From positions 288,001-352,000 of the forward strand of contig OZ252287.1 of NCBI GenBank assembly GCA_965250085.1: a stretch of DNA of 64,000 nt, given 5' to 3'. Below are positions 1 through 10,307 of this stretch, in pieces (position 1 is the stretch's first letter; every line of letters begins with the position of its first letter). A program made the translations under genes and the position numbers. The DNA comes from Candidatus Altimarinota bacterium. GTDB lineage: Bacteria > Patescibacteriota > Gracilibacteria > CAIRYL01. A model generated the notes under the pieces. The model searched no databases, was not told the origin of the DNA, and saw only the letters and a list, made by a program, of their open reading frames with translations.

Positions 1-2242
1 TATTACTTCAACTGATGATGGCGAAGACAATACGGAAAGCTACACATACTCGCTCACTTGTACCGTAGCTGGAGTTGATGACGCCCACTTTAATATCTTA
101 GGTACTGATCTTCGCAACACAACAGTCTTTGACTTCCTTATCCCCGTTGATGACAATACCGACAATGACTACGAGATTTGTCTACGAGTTACGGAAACCA
201 ATGGAGGTCTCACCTATGATGAAAACTTCACCATCACCGTGACTGACACAAACTCTGCTCCAACTGATATCCAAATTGATGGAGGGAACACCGACAGTAT
301 TGATGAAAACACTTCCTCTGGAACAACAGTTGGAACCTTAACAACAACTGACGCTGATGGAGGAGATACTCACACATACACTTTTGTTGCTGGTACGGGA
401 GATGAAGACAATGCACTCTTCACTATCGGAGGTGCAGGGTCTGACGAAGTGAAGCTTGCCTTCGTGCCTGACTTTGAAACTCCAGTGGATGACAATACCG
501 ACAATACATACAACCTGCGTATTCAAACGGATGATGGTAATGGTGGCACTTATGTAGAAGCTATTACTGTGACAGTTAATGACCTTAACACTGCTCCAAC
601 CAACATTGATATTGATGGTGGCAATACTGACTCACAGTCAGAAGGAACAGCTGCAAACACTGTGATCTCTGCTATTACTTCAACTGATGATGGCGAAGAC
701 AATACGGAAAGCTACACATACTCGCTCACTTGTACCGTAGCTGGAGTTGATGACGCCCACTTTAATATCTTAGGTACTGATCTTCGCAACACAACAGTCT
801 TTGACTTCCTTATCCCCGTTGATGACAATACCGACAATGACTACGAGATTTGTCTACGAGTTACGGAAACCAATGGAGGTCTCACCTATGATGAAAACTT
901 CACCATCACCGTGACTGACACAAACTCTGCTCCAACTGATATCCAAATTGATGGAGGGAACACCGACAGTATTGATGAAAACACTTCCTCTGGAACAACA
1001 GTTGGAACCTTAACAACAACTGACGCTGATGGAGGAGATACTCACACATACACTTTTGTTGCTGGTACGGGAGATGAAGACAATGCACTCTTCACTATCG
1101 GAGGTGCAGGGTCTGACGAAGTGAAGCTTGCCTTCGTGCCTGACTTTGAAACTCCAGTGGATGACAATACCGACAATACATACAACCTGCGTATTCAAAC
1201 GGATGATGGTAATGGTGGCACTTATGTAGAAGCTATTACTGTGACAGTTAATGACCTTAACACTGCTCCAACCAACATTGATATTGATGGTGGCAATACT
1301 GACTCACAGTCAGAAGGAACAGCTGCAAACACTGTGATCTCTGCTATTACTTCAACTGATGATGGCGAAGACAATACGGAAAGCTACACATACTCGCTCA
1401 CTTGTACCGTAGCTGGAGTTGATGACGCCCACTTTAATATCTTAGGTACTGATCTTCGCAACACAACAGTCTTTGACTTCCTTATCCCCGTTGATGACAA
1501 TACCGACAATGACTACGAGATTTGTCTACGAGTTACGGAAACCAATGGAGGTCTCACCTATGATGAAAACTTCACCATCACCGTGACTGACACAAACTCT
1601 GCTCCAACTGATATCCAAATTGATGGAGGGAACACCGACAGTATTGATGAAAACACTTCCTCTGGAACAACAGTTGGAACCTTAACAACAACTGACGCTG
1701 ATGGAGGAGATACTCACACATACACTTTTGTTGCTGGTACGGGAGATGAAGACAATGCACTCTTCACTATCGGAGGTGCAGGGTCTGACGAAGTGAAGCT
1801 TGCCTTCGTGCCTGACTTTGAAACTCCAGTGGATGACAATACCGACAATACATACAACCTGCGTATTCAAACGGATGATGGTAATGGTGGCACTTATGTA
1901 GAAGCTATTACTGTGACAGTTAATGACCTTAACACTGCTCCAACCAACATTGATATTGATGGTGGCAATACTGACTCACAGTCAGAAGGAACAGCTGCAA
2001 ACACTGTGATCTCTGCTATTACTTCAACTGATGATGGCGAAGACAATACGGAAAGCTACACATACTCGCTCACTTGTACCGTAGCTGGAGTTGATGACGC
2101 CCACTTTAATATCTTAGGTACTGATCTTCGCAACACAACAGTCTTTGACTTCCTTATCCCCGTTGATGACAATACCGACAATGACTACGAGATTTGTCTA
2201 CGAGTTACGGAAACCAATGGAGGTCTCACCTATGATGAAAAC
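1..2242 (+). repeat. 672-bp tandem repeat, about 3.3 apparently identical copies, continuing upstream of the window
   Basis: tattacttcaactgatgatggcgaag recurs at 1, 673, 1345 and 2017. Identical shadow ORFs sit at 234, 906 and 1578. Confidence 0.95.
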
Positions 2243-2947
2243 CTTACTGTGGGTATAAATAGTCTTGGTGATACAGTAGCTCCAAGAGGTAGTGGGAGTA
2301 ACAGACGAATTCGTGAAAGTTTTGCACGGAAAGAAGAAGAGTTAAGGACCAGTGCTTCTGAAGAAGATACTTCAGAAGAAGACTCATGTACAACAAAGTT
2401 TCGAGATACACAAGAGCACTGGGGAGAAAGGTATATTACCAAACTCGAATGTCTGGATATTGTTCATGGAAGAAGTAATAATCTGGAGATCTTTGAACCA
2501 GATGATGAGATCATGAGAGCTGAGCTTGCTAAGATAGCTGTTCTTATTGCTGGTTACAGTCCTGATTTGAATGCTGTTGATGCATTTCCTGATGTGAGAA
2601 AGGATCATTGGGGACTCCCCTACATCTCTGTGGCAAGAGAAAAAGGAATTCTGCGGGGATACAAAGATGGATACTTCAGACCATCACAGTTTGTTACCAG
2701 AGCTGAAGCTCTCAAGATGCTTCTTCTTGCCGGAGGGTTTGATCTGGGTTCTTTGAGAAAAAGGATTTCTCAGTTCAGAGATGTGGAGGACTTTGCTTGG
2801 TACAGAGATATTATTGACTTTGGAATTGAGAAAGGGATTATTGAGGGATATTCTTCCAAAGTATTTAAGCCTAATGAGTACATCACAAGAACAGAAGCAG
2901 CAAGGATGGCAGTTTTGGTATTGGAGTTTATGGAAGCAAATCAGTAA
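2..2947 (+). CDS. Large surface protein (5'-partial): tandem cadherin/Ig-like acidic repeats plus C-terminal S-layer homology (SLH) domains
   Basis: Frame is open from base 2. The 224-aa unit has cadherin-like motifs (DENT, DxD, TVTVNDLNTAP). The C-terminus has three SLH-like motifs (FRDTQEHW..RAEL; FPDV..HW..GYKDGYFRP..VTRAE; FRDV..AWY..GYSSKVFKPNEYITRTE). Confidence 0.85.
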   Translation: MTSTDDGEDNTESYTYSLTCTVAGVDDAHFNILGTDLRNTTVFDFLIPVDDNTDNDYEICLRVTETNGGLTYDENFTITVTDTNSAPTDIQIDGGNTDSIDENTSSGTTVGTLTTTDADGGDTHTYTFVAGTGDEDNALFTIGGAGSDEVKLAFVPDFETPVDDNTDNTYNLRIQTDDGNGGTYVEAITVTVNDLNTAPTNIDIDGGNTDSQSEGTAANTVISAITSTDDGEDNTESYTYSLTCTVAGVDDAHFNILGTDLRNTTVFDFLIPVDDNTDNDYEICLRVTETNGGLTYDENFTITVTDTNSAPTDIQIDGGNTDSIDENTSSGTTVGTLTTTDADGGDTHTYTFVAGTGDEDNALFTIGGAGSDEVKLAFVPDFETPVDDNTDNTYNLRIQTDDGNGGTYVEAITVTVNDLNTAPTNIDIDGGNTDSQSEGTAANTVISAITSTDDGEDNTESYTYSLTCTVAGVDDAHFNILGTDLRNTTVFDFLIPVDDNTDNDYEICLRVTETNGGLTYDENFTITVTDTNSAPTDIQIDGGNTDSIDENTSSGTTVGTLTTTDADGGDTHTYTFVAGTGDEDNALFTIGGAGSDEVKLAFVPDFETPVDDNTDNTYNLRIQTDDGNGGTYVEAITVTVNDLNTAPTNIDIDGGNTDSQSEGTAANTVISAITSTDDGEDNTESYTYSLTCTVAGVDDAHFNILGTDLRNTTVFDFLIPVDDNTDNDYEICLRVTETNGGLTYDENLTVGINSLGDTVAPRGSGSNRRIRESFARKEEELRTSASEEDTSEEDSCTTKFRDTQEHWGERYITKLECLDIVHGRSNNLEIFEPDDEIMRAELAKIAVLIAGYSPDLNAVDAFPDVRKDHWGLPYISVAREKGILRGYKDGYFRPSQFVTRAEALKMLLLAGGFDLGSLRKRISQFRDVEDFAWYRDIIDFGIEKGIIEGYSSKVFKPNEYITRTEAARMAVLVLEFMEANQ

Positions 2948-3069
2948 GATGCGAGGGGGGAGGAGATGGTGAGGTTTTATTGGAACTGACGTAATAATAC
3001 AACAGATCACATTGAACCTTACAGTTAGGTATTATAGAATTCCTTGGCTTCTGTGAGTTATATTTTTTT

Positions 3070-3146
3070 GCCCGTGTAGCTCAATTGGATAGAGTACCTG
3101 GCTTCGAACCAGTAGGTTGGGGGTTCGAGTCCCTCCACGGGCACCA
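3070..3146 (+). tRNA. tRNA-Arg(UCG)
   Basis: Acceptor stem GCCCGTG/CACGGGC, D-arm TAGCTCAATTGGATAGAGT, anticodon loop CT-TCG-AA, T-loop GTTCGAGTC, encoded CCA. Confidence 0.93.
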
Positions 3147-3253
3147 CACAGTTGAATTTACTACCAACGAGGAATGGAATGAGGAAGTGAGCAAGGAAAG
3201 ATACTGAGTCAGGAGCAAAGCGAATGGCGAAGGATTAAAATTTTACCCTCAAA

Positions 3254-3805
3254 ATGAAAAATTTTCTTCAAAAACCTCTTTCTGTCAGGAACGCTGGTTT
3301 CACTCTTGTAGGATTCTCTATTGTTTTTGTAGTTATCGGTCTTTTGATGACCACTACTTTTGTGACGTTCGTAAATATGAAAGAGCGATCTCGAGATGTG
3401 CGACGTGTTTCAGACATGGCAGGTATCAGTGGTGCTCTACACCTCTTTTTTAATGATAAAGGACATTATCCTGGCCCCACACGAATGAAGGAGTTTTAGA
3501 TACAGGAGAAATGATCGGTGACGATAAAAATGGTGCCTTTGAGATATCTATTAGACAATACATAACCTACGTTCCCAGAGATCCCCGACATGGATGGTAC
3601 GACATATTACTATGCATATGATCCAGAGCATCTGGTGGATAATCCACAAGAAAGTTGTAATAGCTCTGGAGGGTTCAAAGCAATATTGAGCTTCCAAACA
3701 TCTTAATCTTCTAAAACAGAATTGGAAAAAGAGACTTGCAGTGACAGTGAGATGGGAATTGATGCTTCTGCCTATAACGTTGGATTTTATCCTCCAGGTT
3801 CGTAA
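3254..3805 (+). pseudogene. Type IV pilin/pseudopilin paralog, disrupted by two frameshifts and one internal TAA
   Basis: AGFTLVG prepilin-like start and HYPGP motif. Shifted frames continue with YVPRDP, YYYAYDPEH..NPQESCN and ETCS..DASAYN, colinear with the intact pilin at 3815. Confidence 0.8.
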
Positions 3806-3814
3806 AATAAGCCT

Positions 3815-4327
3815 ATGAGAAAGAATGGTTTTACACTTATTGAGCTCTTGGTGGTCATTGCAATCATTGGAGTCCTCGCTGTTGGAGCAGTTTCTGTGTT
3901 TAATGAAATACAAAAAAAATCTCGCGATACACACCGCCTTGCTGACATGCAACACATCCGAAAGGCACTTCAGCTCTTCTTTACAGAAAATGAACACTAT
4001 CCAGGACCCACTGGAGAAAGTGTTTCTACCAGTGCTGAAGAACTGGGAGATGATATGGGAAACATAGAGACGGTTCTCGCTCCTTACTTTCAGCGCATTC
4101 CAAAAGATCCTATCGATGATGCAGATCATTACTATAGTTATGATCCACAACATAATACTGATGATCCACAAGGAAGTTGCAATGCTGCTGGTGTGCAAGC
4201 GGTTGTATTTGGATTTAACCGCGCAGAAGCTTCGAGCACTACGCTTATAAAAGACACCTGCAGCGGGAGTGATCAAAATTTAGACGATGCCGACTATAAC
4301 ATAGCACTGAGGTCTATAGGGCCATAG
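3815..4327 (+). CDS. Type IV pilin / type II secretion pseudopilin
   Basis: Class III signal peptide G|FTLIELLVVIAIIG, then SRDxxRxAD helix, P.DP motif and C-terminal Cys pair. Confidence 0.9.
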   Translation: MRKNGFTLIELLVVIAIIGVLAVGAVSVFNEIQKKSRDTHRLADMQHIRKALQLFFTENEHYPGPTGESVSTSAEELGDDMGNIETVLAPYFQRIPKDPIDDADHYYSYDPQHNTDDPQGSCNAAGVQAVVFGFNRAEASSTTLIKDTCSGSDQNLDDADYNIALRSIGP

Positions 4328-4330
4328 GGA

Positions 4331-6139
4331 TTATTCTTCTCTCTTGAGAATCGCGAGAAACGCTTCCTGCGGAAGTGCCACTTTTCCAATAGCCTTCATT
4401 CGTTTTTTCCCTGCTTTTTGCTTTTTGAGGAGCTTGTTTTTACGCGTAACGTCACCACCATAGAGTTTTGCGGTCACATCTTTTCGGTATGCAGGTATGG
4501 TCTCTCTGGCGATGATACGAGATCCAATAGCCGCTTGCAATGCTATGGGAAAGTTGGCTCTCGGGATAATATCTTTGAGCTTTTTGACAACTGCCGATCC
4601 GGCATTTTGCGCCTCATCTCTATGCAGGATTTGCGCCAGTGGTGGCACCGCATCCCCTGCGACAAGTATATCCATTTTGACCAATGCATCTGTCCGCATT
4701 TCCAAAAACTCATAACTGAGTGATGCATATCCAGAGCTTAGACTTTTGAGACGATCATAAAAGTCAACTACTAGGTTTGCCATGGGGACCTCGGCAGTGA
4801 TCACAGCTCTTTCAGTATTCAAATACAAAATATTTTTAAATTTTCCTCTTTTTTTCTGAATGAGCTCCATCATCGCTCCAACATATTCTTTAGGAGTAAT
4901 AATCTCTATTTTGGCGATAGGTTCTGCAAGAGATTCAATATGACTCGGATCTGGGAGTTCTGCTGCAGAAGAGATTTCCAAACACTCTTCTTTTTTTCCA
5001 TGCACCGTATATCCGACACTTGGAGCCGTTACAATCAAATCCAAATTGTATTCTCTTTCCAGGCGTTCTTGAACGATATCTAAGTGTAAGAGTCCCAAAA
5101 ATCCACATCGAAATCCATTTCCAAGTGCTACAGAGTTTTCTGGTTCAAATGAAAGAGCAGAATCTGAAAGTGAAAGTTTTTCAAGTGCATCCCTCAGGAG
5201 TGGATAATCCCCTCCTTCAGTACAAAAAATGCCAGAAAAAACCATTGGCTTGACCGATTCATATCCTGGTAGAGGACTTACTGTATCTGTATCTTTGCCT
5301 CCATAAATAGTATCCCCCACCCTTGCCTCTCGCGTTGATTTGAGTCCTGTCACGACATACCCCACTTCCCCAGCAGAAAGAGAACTAAGGGGTACATATT
5401 TTGGCGTAAATTTTCCGACCTCCAATATATCAATTTGCTTTTTAGTTTTCAGAAGCAAGACTTTGTCTTTTCTCTTGAGTTCTCCAGATACCACACGGAC
5501 AAACGCCATTACTCCTTTGTATGAGTCATAGACAGAGTCAAATATAAGAGCTCTTGCTTCTTTGTCATCCGTAATATTTTCTTTTTTCCTCATTCCTGCA
5601 TCTTCAGGATTTGGTATTTTTTCTACAATGCGATCTAAAACGCTCTCTATATTCGTTCCATCTTTGGCAGAAATAGCGATAATATCTTCTTTTGGAATGC
5701 CAATTGCGTTTTCAACTTCAGTACTCACGCGCTCTATATCCGCTGCTGGCAAATCTATTTTGTTAATAATAGGAATGATTTCAAGATCGTATGCAAGTGC
5801 GAGATAAAGATTGGAGAGCGTCTGTGCTTCAATTCCCTGTGTTGCATCAACTACCAATATGGCTCCTTCACACGCGGCAAGTGAGCGGGATACTTCATAT
5901 TGGAAATCTACATGCCCAGGAGTATCAATGAGGTTGAGTTGATAGTTGTTCCATTCCATTCTCACTGGTTGCAACTTGATAGTGATCCCTCGTTCTTGCT
6001 CAAGCTCCATCGTATCCAAAAACTGTTTTTTCATATCCCGCTTTGCAACCGTATTTGTAAGTTCCAAAAATCGATCAGCAAGAGTTGATTTGCCATGATC
6101 AATATGCGCAATGATGCAAAAATTTCGGATGTTTTTCAT
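4331..6139 (-). CDS. lepA: Elongation factor 4 (LepA)
   Basis: IRNFCIIAHIDHGKSTLADR, RGITIK, DTPGHVDF, and C-terminal RKDVTAKLYGGDVTRK. Confidence 0.98.
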   Translation of the reverse strand: MKNIRNFCIIAHIDHGKSTLADRFLELTNTVAKRDMKKQFLDTMELEQERGITIKLQPVRMEWNNYQLNLIDTPGHVDFQYEVSRSLAACEGAILVVDATQGIEAQTLSNLYLALAYDLEIIPIINKIDLPAADIERVSTEVENAIGIPKEDIIAISAKDGTNIESVLDRIVEKIPNPEDAGMRKKENITDDKEARALIFDSVYDSYKGVMAFVRVVSGELKRKDKVLLLKTKKQIDILEVGKFTPKYVPLSSLSAGEVGYVVTGLKSTREARVGDTIYGGKDTDTVSPLPGYESVKPMVFSGIFCTEGGDYPLLRDALEKLSLSDSALSFEPENSVALGNGFRCGFLGLLHLDIVQERLEREYNLDLIVTAPSVGYTVHGKKEECLEISSAAELPDPSHIESLAEPIAKIEIITPKEYVGAMMELIQKKRGKFKNILYLNTERAVITAEVPMANLVVDFYDRLKSLSSGYASLSYEFLEMRTDALVKMDILVAGDAVPPLAQILHRDEAQNAGSAVVKKLKDIIPRANFPIALQAAIGSRIIARETIPAYRKDVTAKLYGGDVTRKNKLLKKQKAGKKRMKAIGKVALPQEAFLAILKREE

Positions 6140-6156
6140 GAGCAATGCTTTATCTT

Positions 6157-6218
6157 TCCCCCTTGAAAAGGGGGACCAAGGGGGTTAAAGCCCACCTAGC
6201 CTCCCTTTGCAAGGGAGG
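6157..6218. repeat. Short palindromic dispersed repeat pair (CCCCCTT-N-AAGGGGG family)
   Basis: tcccccttgaaaaggggga and cctccctttgcaagggagg; related copies at 7345-7428, 8365-8396 and 21442-21512. Confidence 0.7.
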
Positions 6219-6381
6219 AACTAGAAATACTTCTTCGGAATATCCCTCCAATACGGTCGGGATGACGCGACCGATTGTAGACAAAAAAAGACCGTTTCAC
6301 AATTTCTTCACGAATCATGTATCATAGAGCACACAACACTCACAATTTATAATCTATAATTTAAAATTTATAATTTCGTAA

Positions 6382-7335
6382 ATGGCTTCCAAAAATATTC
6401 GCATCTTTGCCGCTAACTCTCATCCTCATCTCGCCGAAAGCATAGGGAAAAGCATGGGATGCAAGCTGTCATCAGTAGAGATCAAAAAATTCTCGTGTGG
6501 CGAGATGTATGTGCGATTTGGAGAAACAGTCAGAGGAAGAGATGTGTTTGTGGTGGGGACATGCAATGCTGGCAATGTGAATGAAGATCTTATGGAACTC
6601 TTTCTTCTCTGTGATGCTGCCAAGCAAAGTTTTGCAAGATCTATCCACGTCATACTCCCCTTCTATGGATACTGCCGTCAGGACAAAGTGCACGAGGCTC
6701 GAGAAGGGATCTCCGCACGACTTATGGCAAATCTTTTGGTCAAAAGCGGAGCAGATCACATTATCACCGTGCAACTCCATTCAGATCAGATCCAAGGATT
6801 TTTTGATGTACCGGTGGATAATCTGCATATCAGAAAAATGATTGCCAAGTATTTTATCGGTCAAAAGATAGAGGGTGATCTGGTCGTGGTGTCTCCAGAT
6901 GCCGGTGGAGCGAAGCCGGCAAAAAAGGTGGCGGATATTCTCGGAGCCAGACTGGCCATCATGCACAAAACCAGACCAAGACACAATGAATCATCTGTTA
7001 CACACGTAGTAGGAGATGTAGAGGGAAAGACAGCAATCCTTCTGGACGATATGGTAGACACTGCCGGAAGTGTGGCAGGAGCACGGCAGGCTCTGCTCGA
7101 TGCCGGAGCAAATGAAAAAGTATATCTCTGCGCAACACATCCGGTCTTCTCCGGACCCGCAGTAGAAAGACTGAGCAAAGCAGGATTTCACAAAATAGTA
7201 GTGAGTAACTCCATACCGCTTTCAAAAGAGGCTCAAAAAAAATTGGATATCGATGTGATCGATATCGCTCCCCTTCTCGCACAAGTCATCAAAAGTGTTA
7301 TGGAAGATACTTCCGCTTCAAAGTGGTTTTCTTAG
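6382..7335 (+). CDS. prs: Ribose-phosphate pyrophosphokinase
   Basis: Motifs LPFYGYCRQDK, LHSDQIQGFF, VVSPDAGG and LDDMVDTAGS. Confidence 0.97.
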   Translation: MASKNIRIFAANSHPHLAESIGKSMGCKLSSVEIKKFSCGEMYVRFGETVRGRDVFVVGTCNAGNVNEDLMELFLLCDAAKQSFARSIHVILPFYGYCRQDKVHEAREGISARLMANLLVKSGADHIITVQLHSDQIQGFFDVPVDNLHIRKMIAKYFIGQKIEGDLVVVSPDAGGAKPAKKVADILGARLAIMHKTRPRHNESSVTHVVGDVEGKTAILLDDMVDTAGSVAGARQALLDAGANEKVYLCATHPVFSGPAVERLSKAGFHKIVVSNSIPLSKEAQKKLDIDVIDIAPLLAQVIKSVMEDTSASKWFS

Positions 7336-7344
7336 TATAAGCCA

Positions 7345-7428
7345 AAAAATCTCCTCTACTCCCTCTTTTTTAAAGAGGGGAAGTAAAAATTCTCCCTCCC
7401 TTTGTAAAAGGGAGGCTAGGAGGGATTT
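7345..7428. repeat. Inverted pair of CCCTT-N-AAGGG palindromic repeats between convergent genes
   Basis: ccctctttttaaagaggg and cctccctttgtaaaagggaggctaggagggatt. Confidence 0.65.
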
Positions 7429-7967
7429 TTTAATATCACTTTCAAAAGCTCTGGAAATTCCGTATATCCAAATTCTGTATTCAAATGTCCTCCCTTTGGA
7501 ATGACTGTACACTCTGCCCTTAAATTATGAGCCAATTGCTGGGCACTTTGGAGTGAATTATAGGGATCGTTATCAGCGTGGAATATAAAGAATTTTTTGC
7601 AGTATTTTTGAATATTTTCAAAATTATATGGAGTATTCACAAATGTTTGGGGACTAAATTCCACCGGAGTCTCCTTTCCTGCTGGAGCGGTCAAAAAACA
7701 AGCAGAAATACTTTTTTTCGTATTCTCCAAAATCCTCAAAGAAAATGGACATCCCAAGCTATGGGCAACAAAAATCGAGTCCTTGTGAATATAAGATTCG
7801 TATTCTTCAAATATTGTGCACCAATTTTCAAAAGTTTGATGCTCAGGAGTTGGGAATCGAGGAATAAAAACCGTATGACCTTCAGGTTCCAATTTATCCC
7901 GAAGCCATGGAAACCAGTTTTCATCTGAATGTCCGTGAGCGCCGTGAAAAATAAATATATGTGCCAT
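7416..7967 (-). CDS. RBBP9/YdeN-family alpha/beta hydrolase
   Basis: FIFHG..ENWFPW, nucleophile motif VAHSLG, DNDPY and GGH catalytic-triad motifs. Confidence 0.9.
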   Translation of the reverse strand: MAHIFIFHGAHGHSDENWFPWLRDKLEPEGHTVFIPRFPTPEHQTFENWCTIFEEYESYIHKDSIFVAHSLGCPFSLRILENTKKSISACFLTAPAGKETPVEFSPQTFVNTPYNFENIQKYCKKFFIFHADNDPYNSLQSAQQLAHNLRAECTVIPKGGHLNTEFGYTEFPELLKVILKNPS

Positions 7968-7982
7968 ACAAGAAGCATACTC

Positions 7983-8612
7983 TTAACTCAAAAACTCCTC
8001 CATCATTTGAAGAAAAGTTGGAATGGGAAATCCCACAATATTCCAAAGGTTTCCTTTTATTTCTTTAATAAACACTGAGCTCTTGCCTTCTACGCAAATG
8101 GAGCCACTTCTCCCCTGCCACTCATTGCAGGAAAGCATATATTCCGCTTCATCATCACCAATATGTCCAAATACAATTTCCGCCTTCTCATACCGCACAA
8201 GACATTTTTCTGAACTCATGACACAGATACCAGATATGACTTGCTCCGTAGTATTCGATTTTTGCAAAATCATTCTTTTTGCATCTTCCTCATTCTCTGG
8301 CTTTCCAAGAATTTCTCCATCTTCAGAAACTACCAGTGTATCTACTCCCACAGAAACCATTCTGCCTCCCTGATCAAGAGGGTTAAGGGGGTTCTTAGAA
8401 TTCAGTCGTGCAAACACCGCCTTCGTCTTCCCTTCCGCAAAATCTTTCGCGTTCTGTTCTGGTGAAAGATGAAGATTCACCATTTCTTCAAAATCACTCG
8501 TCACAACTCTGAATGGAACATTCATCATTTCCAAAATTCTCTTCCGCTGAGGGCTTGCGGAGGCGAGTATGAGAGGGGTTTTCTCAAAAAAACTATGAAG
8601 ATTGTGTGTCAT
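7983..8612 (-). CDS. maf: Maf-family nucleoside triphosphate pyrophosphatase
   Basis: LILASASPQRK, GVDTLV, ILGKP and NIVGFP motifs. Confidence 0.9.
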   Translation of the reverse strand: MTHNLHSFFEKTPLILASASPQRKRILEMMNVPFRVVTSDFEEMVNLHLSPEQNAKDFAEGKTKAVFARLNSKNPLNPLDQGGRMVSVGVDTLVVSEDGEILGKPENEEDAKRMILQKSNTTEQVISGICVMSSEKCLVRYEKAEIVFGHIGDDEAEYMLSCNEWQGRSGSICVEGKSSVFIKEIKGNLWNIVGFPIPTFLQMMEEFLS

Positions 8613-9204
8613 CAGCTATATCTTCTCCTGATTTTAATACTTCTTCAAGTATTGTTAAAAAATCTCCGCATCTTTCATAAGCAAAATCAATGTCTGCCCC
8701 CATCTTACTTTTATCAGGCAAAAGATCGGCTTCATACTCATCGGGTACTATTTCTTCGTAGCGATTGAGTACTCGAGAAAATACTAATCCACCTTCATCG
8801 TACACACAGGTGTTATCTGGCGTTGCAATTCCCTTTCCACGGAGAAAATAATGGTGGAATCCGATGTTTCCATTGTTTCCAATTAAAGCAAATATTTCTC
8901 CATAAACCCCTTTTTTTATCCCTTGTATTCCAATGCAATTGATAAGAACCTCAGTATTGCGGAAAAAATCTGGTGATGCTGAATGGCATTTTCCATCACT
9001 CTCTTCTAATGCAGCGATTTTCTTTATTTCCTCTCCAATTTTTATAAGTACAGGTTTTTGTTGTTCCCATTTTTTCACAACCTGAGTCCTTTCTGCCTCA
9101 AAGACTATCTCTTTATCAGGCTCTATTCCTTCTGTGCAAGCACTTAAAGCCGACGTGAGTGCAACAACTTGGGCACACCTTTTAAGTGATTCTTTGAGAG
9201 GCAT
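8593..9204 (-). CDS. Hypothetical lipoprotein
   Basis: 203-aa ORF with lipobox-like ALSAC after a short hydrophobic stretch; no recognised family. Confidence 0.6.
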   Translation of the reverse strand: MPLKESLKRCAQVVALTSALSACTEGIEPDKEIVFEAERTQVVKKWEQQKPVLIKIGEEIKKIAALEESDGKCHSASPDFFRNTEVLINCIGIQGIKKGVYGEIFALIGNNGNIGFHHYFLRGKGIATPDNTCVYDEGGLVFSRVLNRYEEIVPDEYEADLLPDKSKMGADIDFAYERCGDFLTILEEVLKSGEDIADDTQSS

Positions 9205-9214
9205 AATAAAATAA

Positions 9215-10256
9215 CCTCAATTCGAGTTTGAAGTGCACCACCTCGGAAGAATTTAATACTCTAGGTGCATGAACAACTATGAACACTTCAGTAAGAGCGA
9301 GAGACAAGAACTCTTAATACTCCACTCCAAAGGGTATTCGATGAGATCGATAGCCAAAGCGATGAACAGGAGTCACTCTACAATCATCAGAGAGCTCAAG
9401 CGGAAGATGAAGAGAGGAGGATACGATGCGTGTAAGGCTCATCAAAAAGCACAGAACAAAAGAAGATTTAGTAAATACCAAGGAATGAAGGTACGTGAGG
9501 ATGATGAGATAGAGAAGTATATGCGAGAAAAGATGTTGTTAAAATGGTCACCAGAGAAGATTGCAGGAGTACTGTACTTGGAGAAGAGAGTTCGTATTGG
9601 GAAAGATGCCATCTATACATATCTCTACAGTGCACACGGACAAGACCTATGTCCTCTTCTTTATCGCAAGAGATATAGGAAGCGTAAACGGAGAAAGAAG
9701 AAATCAAAGCATGAAATCATCAAAGATAGAGTGTTTATTGCCCAAAGACCTCAGCATATCAACCAGAAGAAAAGATTTGGACACTACGAAGGAGATACCA
9801 TGGGCAGACCCAAGAAAGCTTCCCCACAAACTCTTGTCATCGTTAGAGAACGACTCTCTCGTAAAATATTCGTGAAGAAGGTGTCTCGGCTCAGAGAATC
9901 CATGCAGGGATTTGGAGACATTCTGCACCAACTCCCTGCATACTCACTTACCTTGGACAACGGTGTAGAAAACACCAGATATAAAGACTTAAGAATCCCT
10001 ATTTATTTTTGTGACCCCTACTCTTCTTGGCAAAAAGGCTCTGTAGAAAACGCCATTGGAAAACTTAGAAAATTTGTCCCTAAGAAAGCTGACCTCAAGA
10101 ATTTCTCTCAAAACCAGTTACAATCCTTTGTTGATACTCTTAACAACACTCCCATGAAAGTTCTCGGCTTTAGAACTCCCACCCATGTCTTTGACTTCTA
10201 TAACAATCTCTAATATCTTTTTATCCCAAGTGGTGCACTTCACCACAGAATGCGGG
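9215..10256 (+). mobile_element. IS30-family insertion sequence, 1042 bp
   Basis: Imperfect 27-bp terminal IRs (cctcaattcgagtttgaagtgcaccac / gtggtgcacttcaccacagaatgcggg), flanked on both sides by TAA (3-bp TSD). Confidence 0.88.
9269..10213 (+). CDS. IS30-family transposase
   Basis: N-terminal HTH (SMRSIAKAMNRSHSTIIREL), WSPEKIAG, GHYEGDT, TLDNGVE, PYSSWQKGSVEN and LNNTPMKVLGFRTP. Confidence 0.95.
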   Translation: MNNYEHFSKSERQELLILHSKGYSMRSIAKAMNRSHSTIIRELKRKMKRGGYDACKAHQKAQNKRRFSKYQGMKVREDDEIEKYMREKMLLKWSPEKIAGVLYLEKRVRIGKDAIYTYLYSAHGQDLCPLLYRKRYRKRKRRKKKSKHEIIKDRVFIAQRPQHINQKKRFGHYEGDTMGRPKKASPQTLVIVRERLSRKIFVKKVSRLRESMQGFGDILHQLPAYSLTLDNGVENTRYKDLRIPIYFCDPYSSWQKGSVENAIGKLRKFVPKKADLKNFSQNQLQSFVDTLNNTPMKVLGFRTPTHVFDFYNNL

Positions 10257-10307
10257 TAATAAAGTATATAATTTTTATATACTTTAATTTACTTTTTGTC
10301 AATATTT

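Noticed and set aside
1-2242. Repeats as a CRISPR array, or the repeated minus-strand 60-62 aa ORFs as genes
   Set aside because: The unit is 672 bp with no spacers and lies in frame in one protein; the small ORFs are antisense shadows. No cas genes occur in the window.
3551-4276. 241-aa minus-strand ORF
   Set aside because: Antisense shadow of the pilin and pilin pseudogene.
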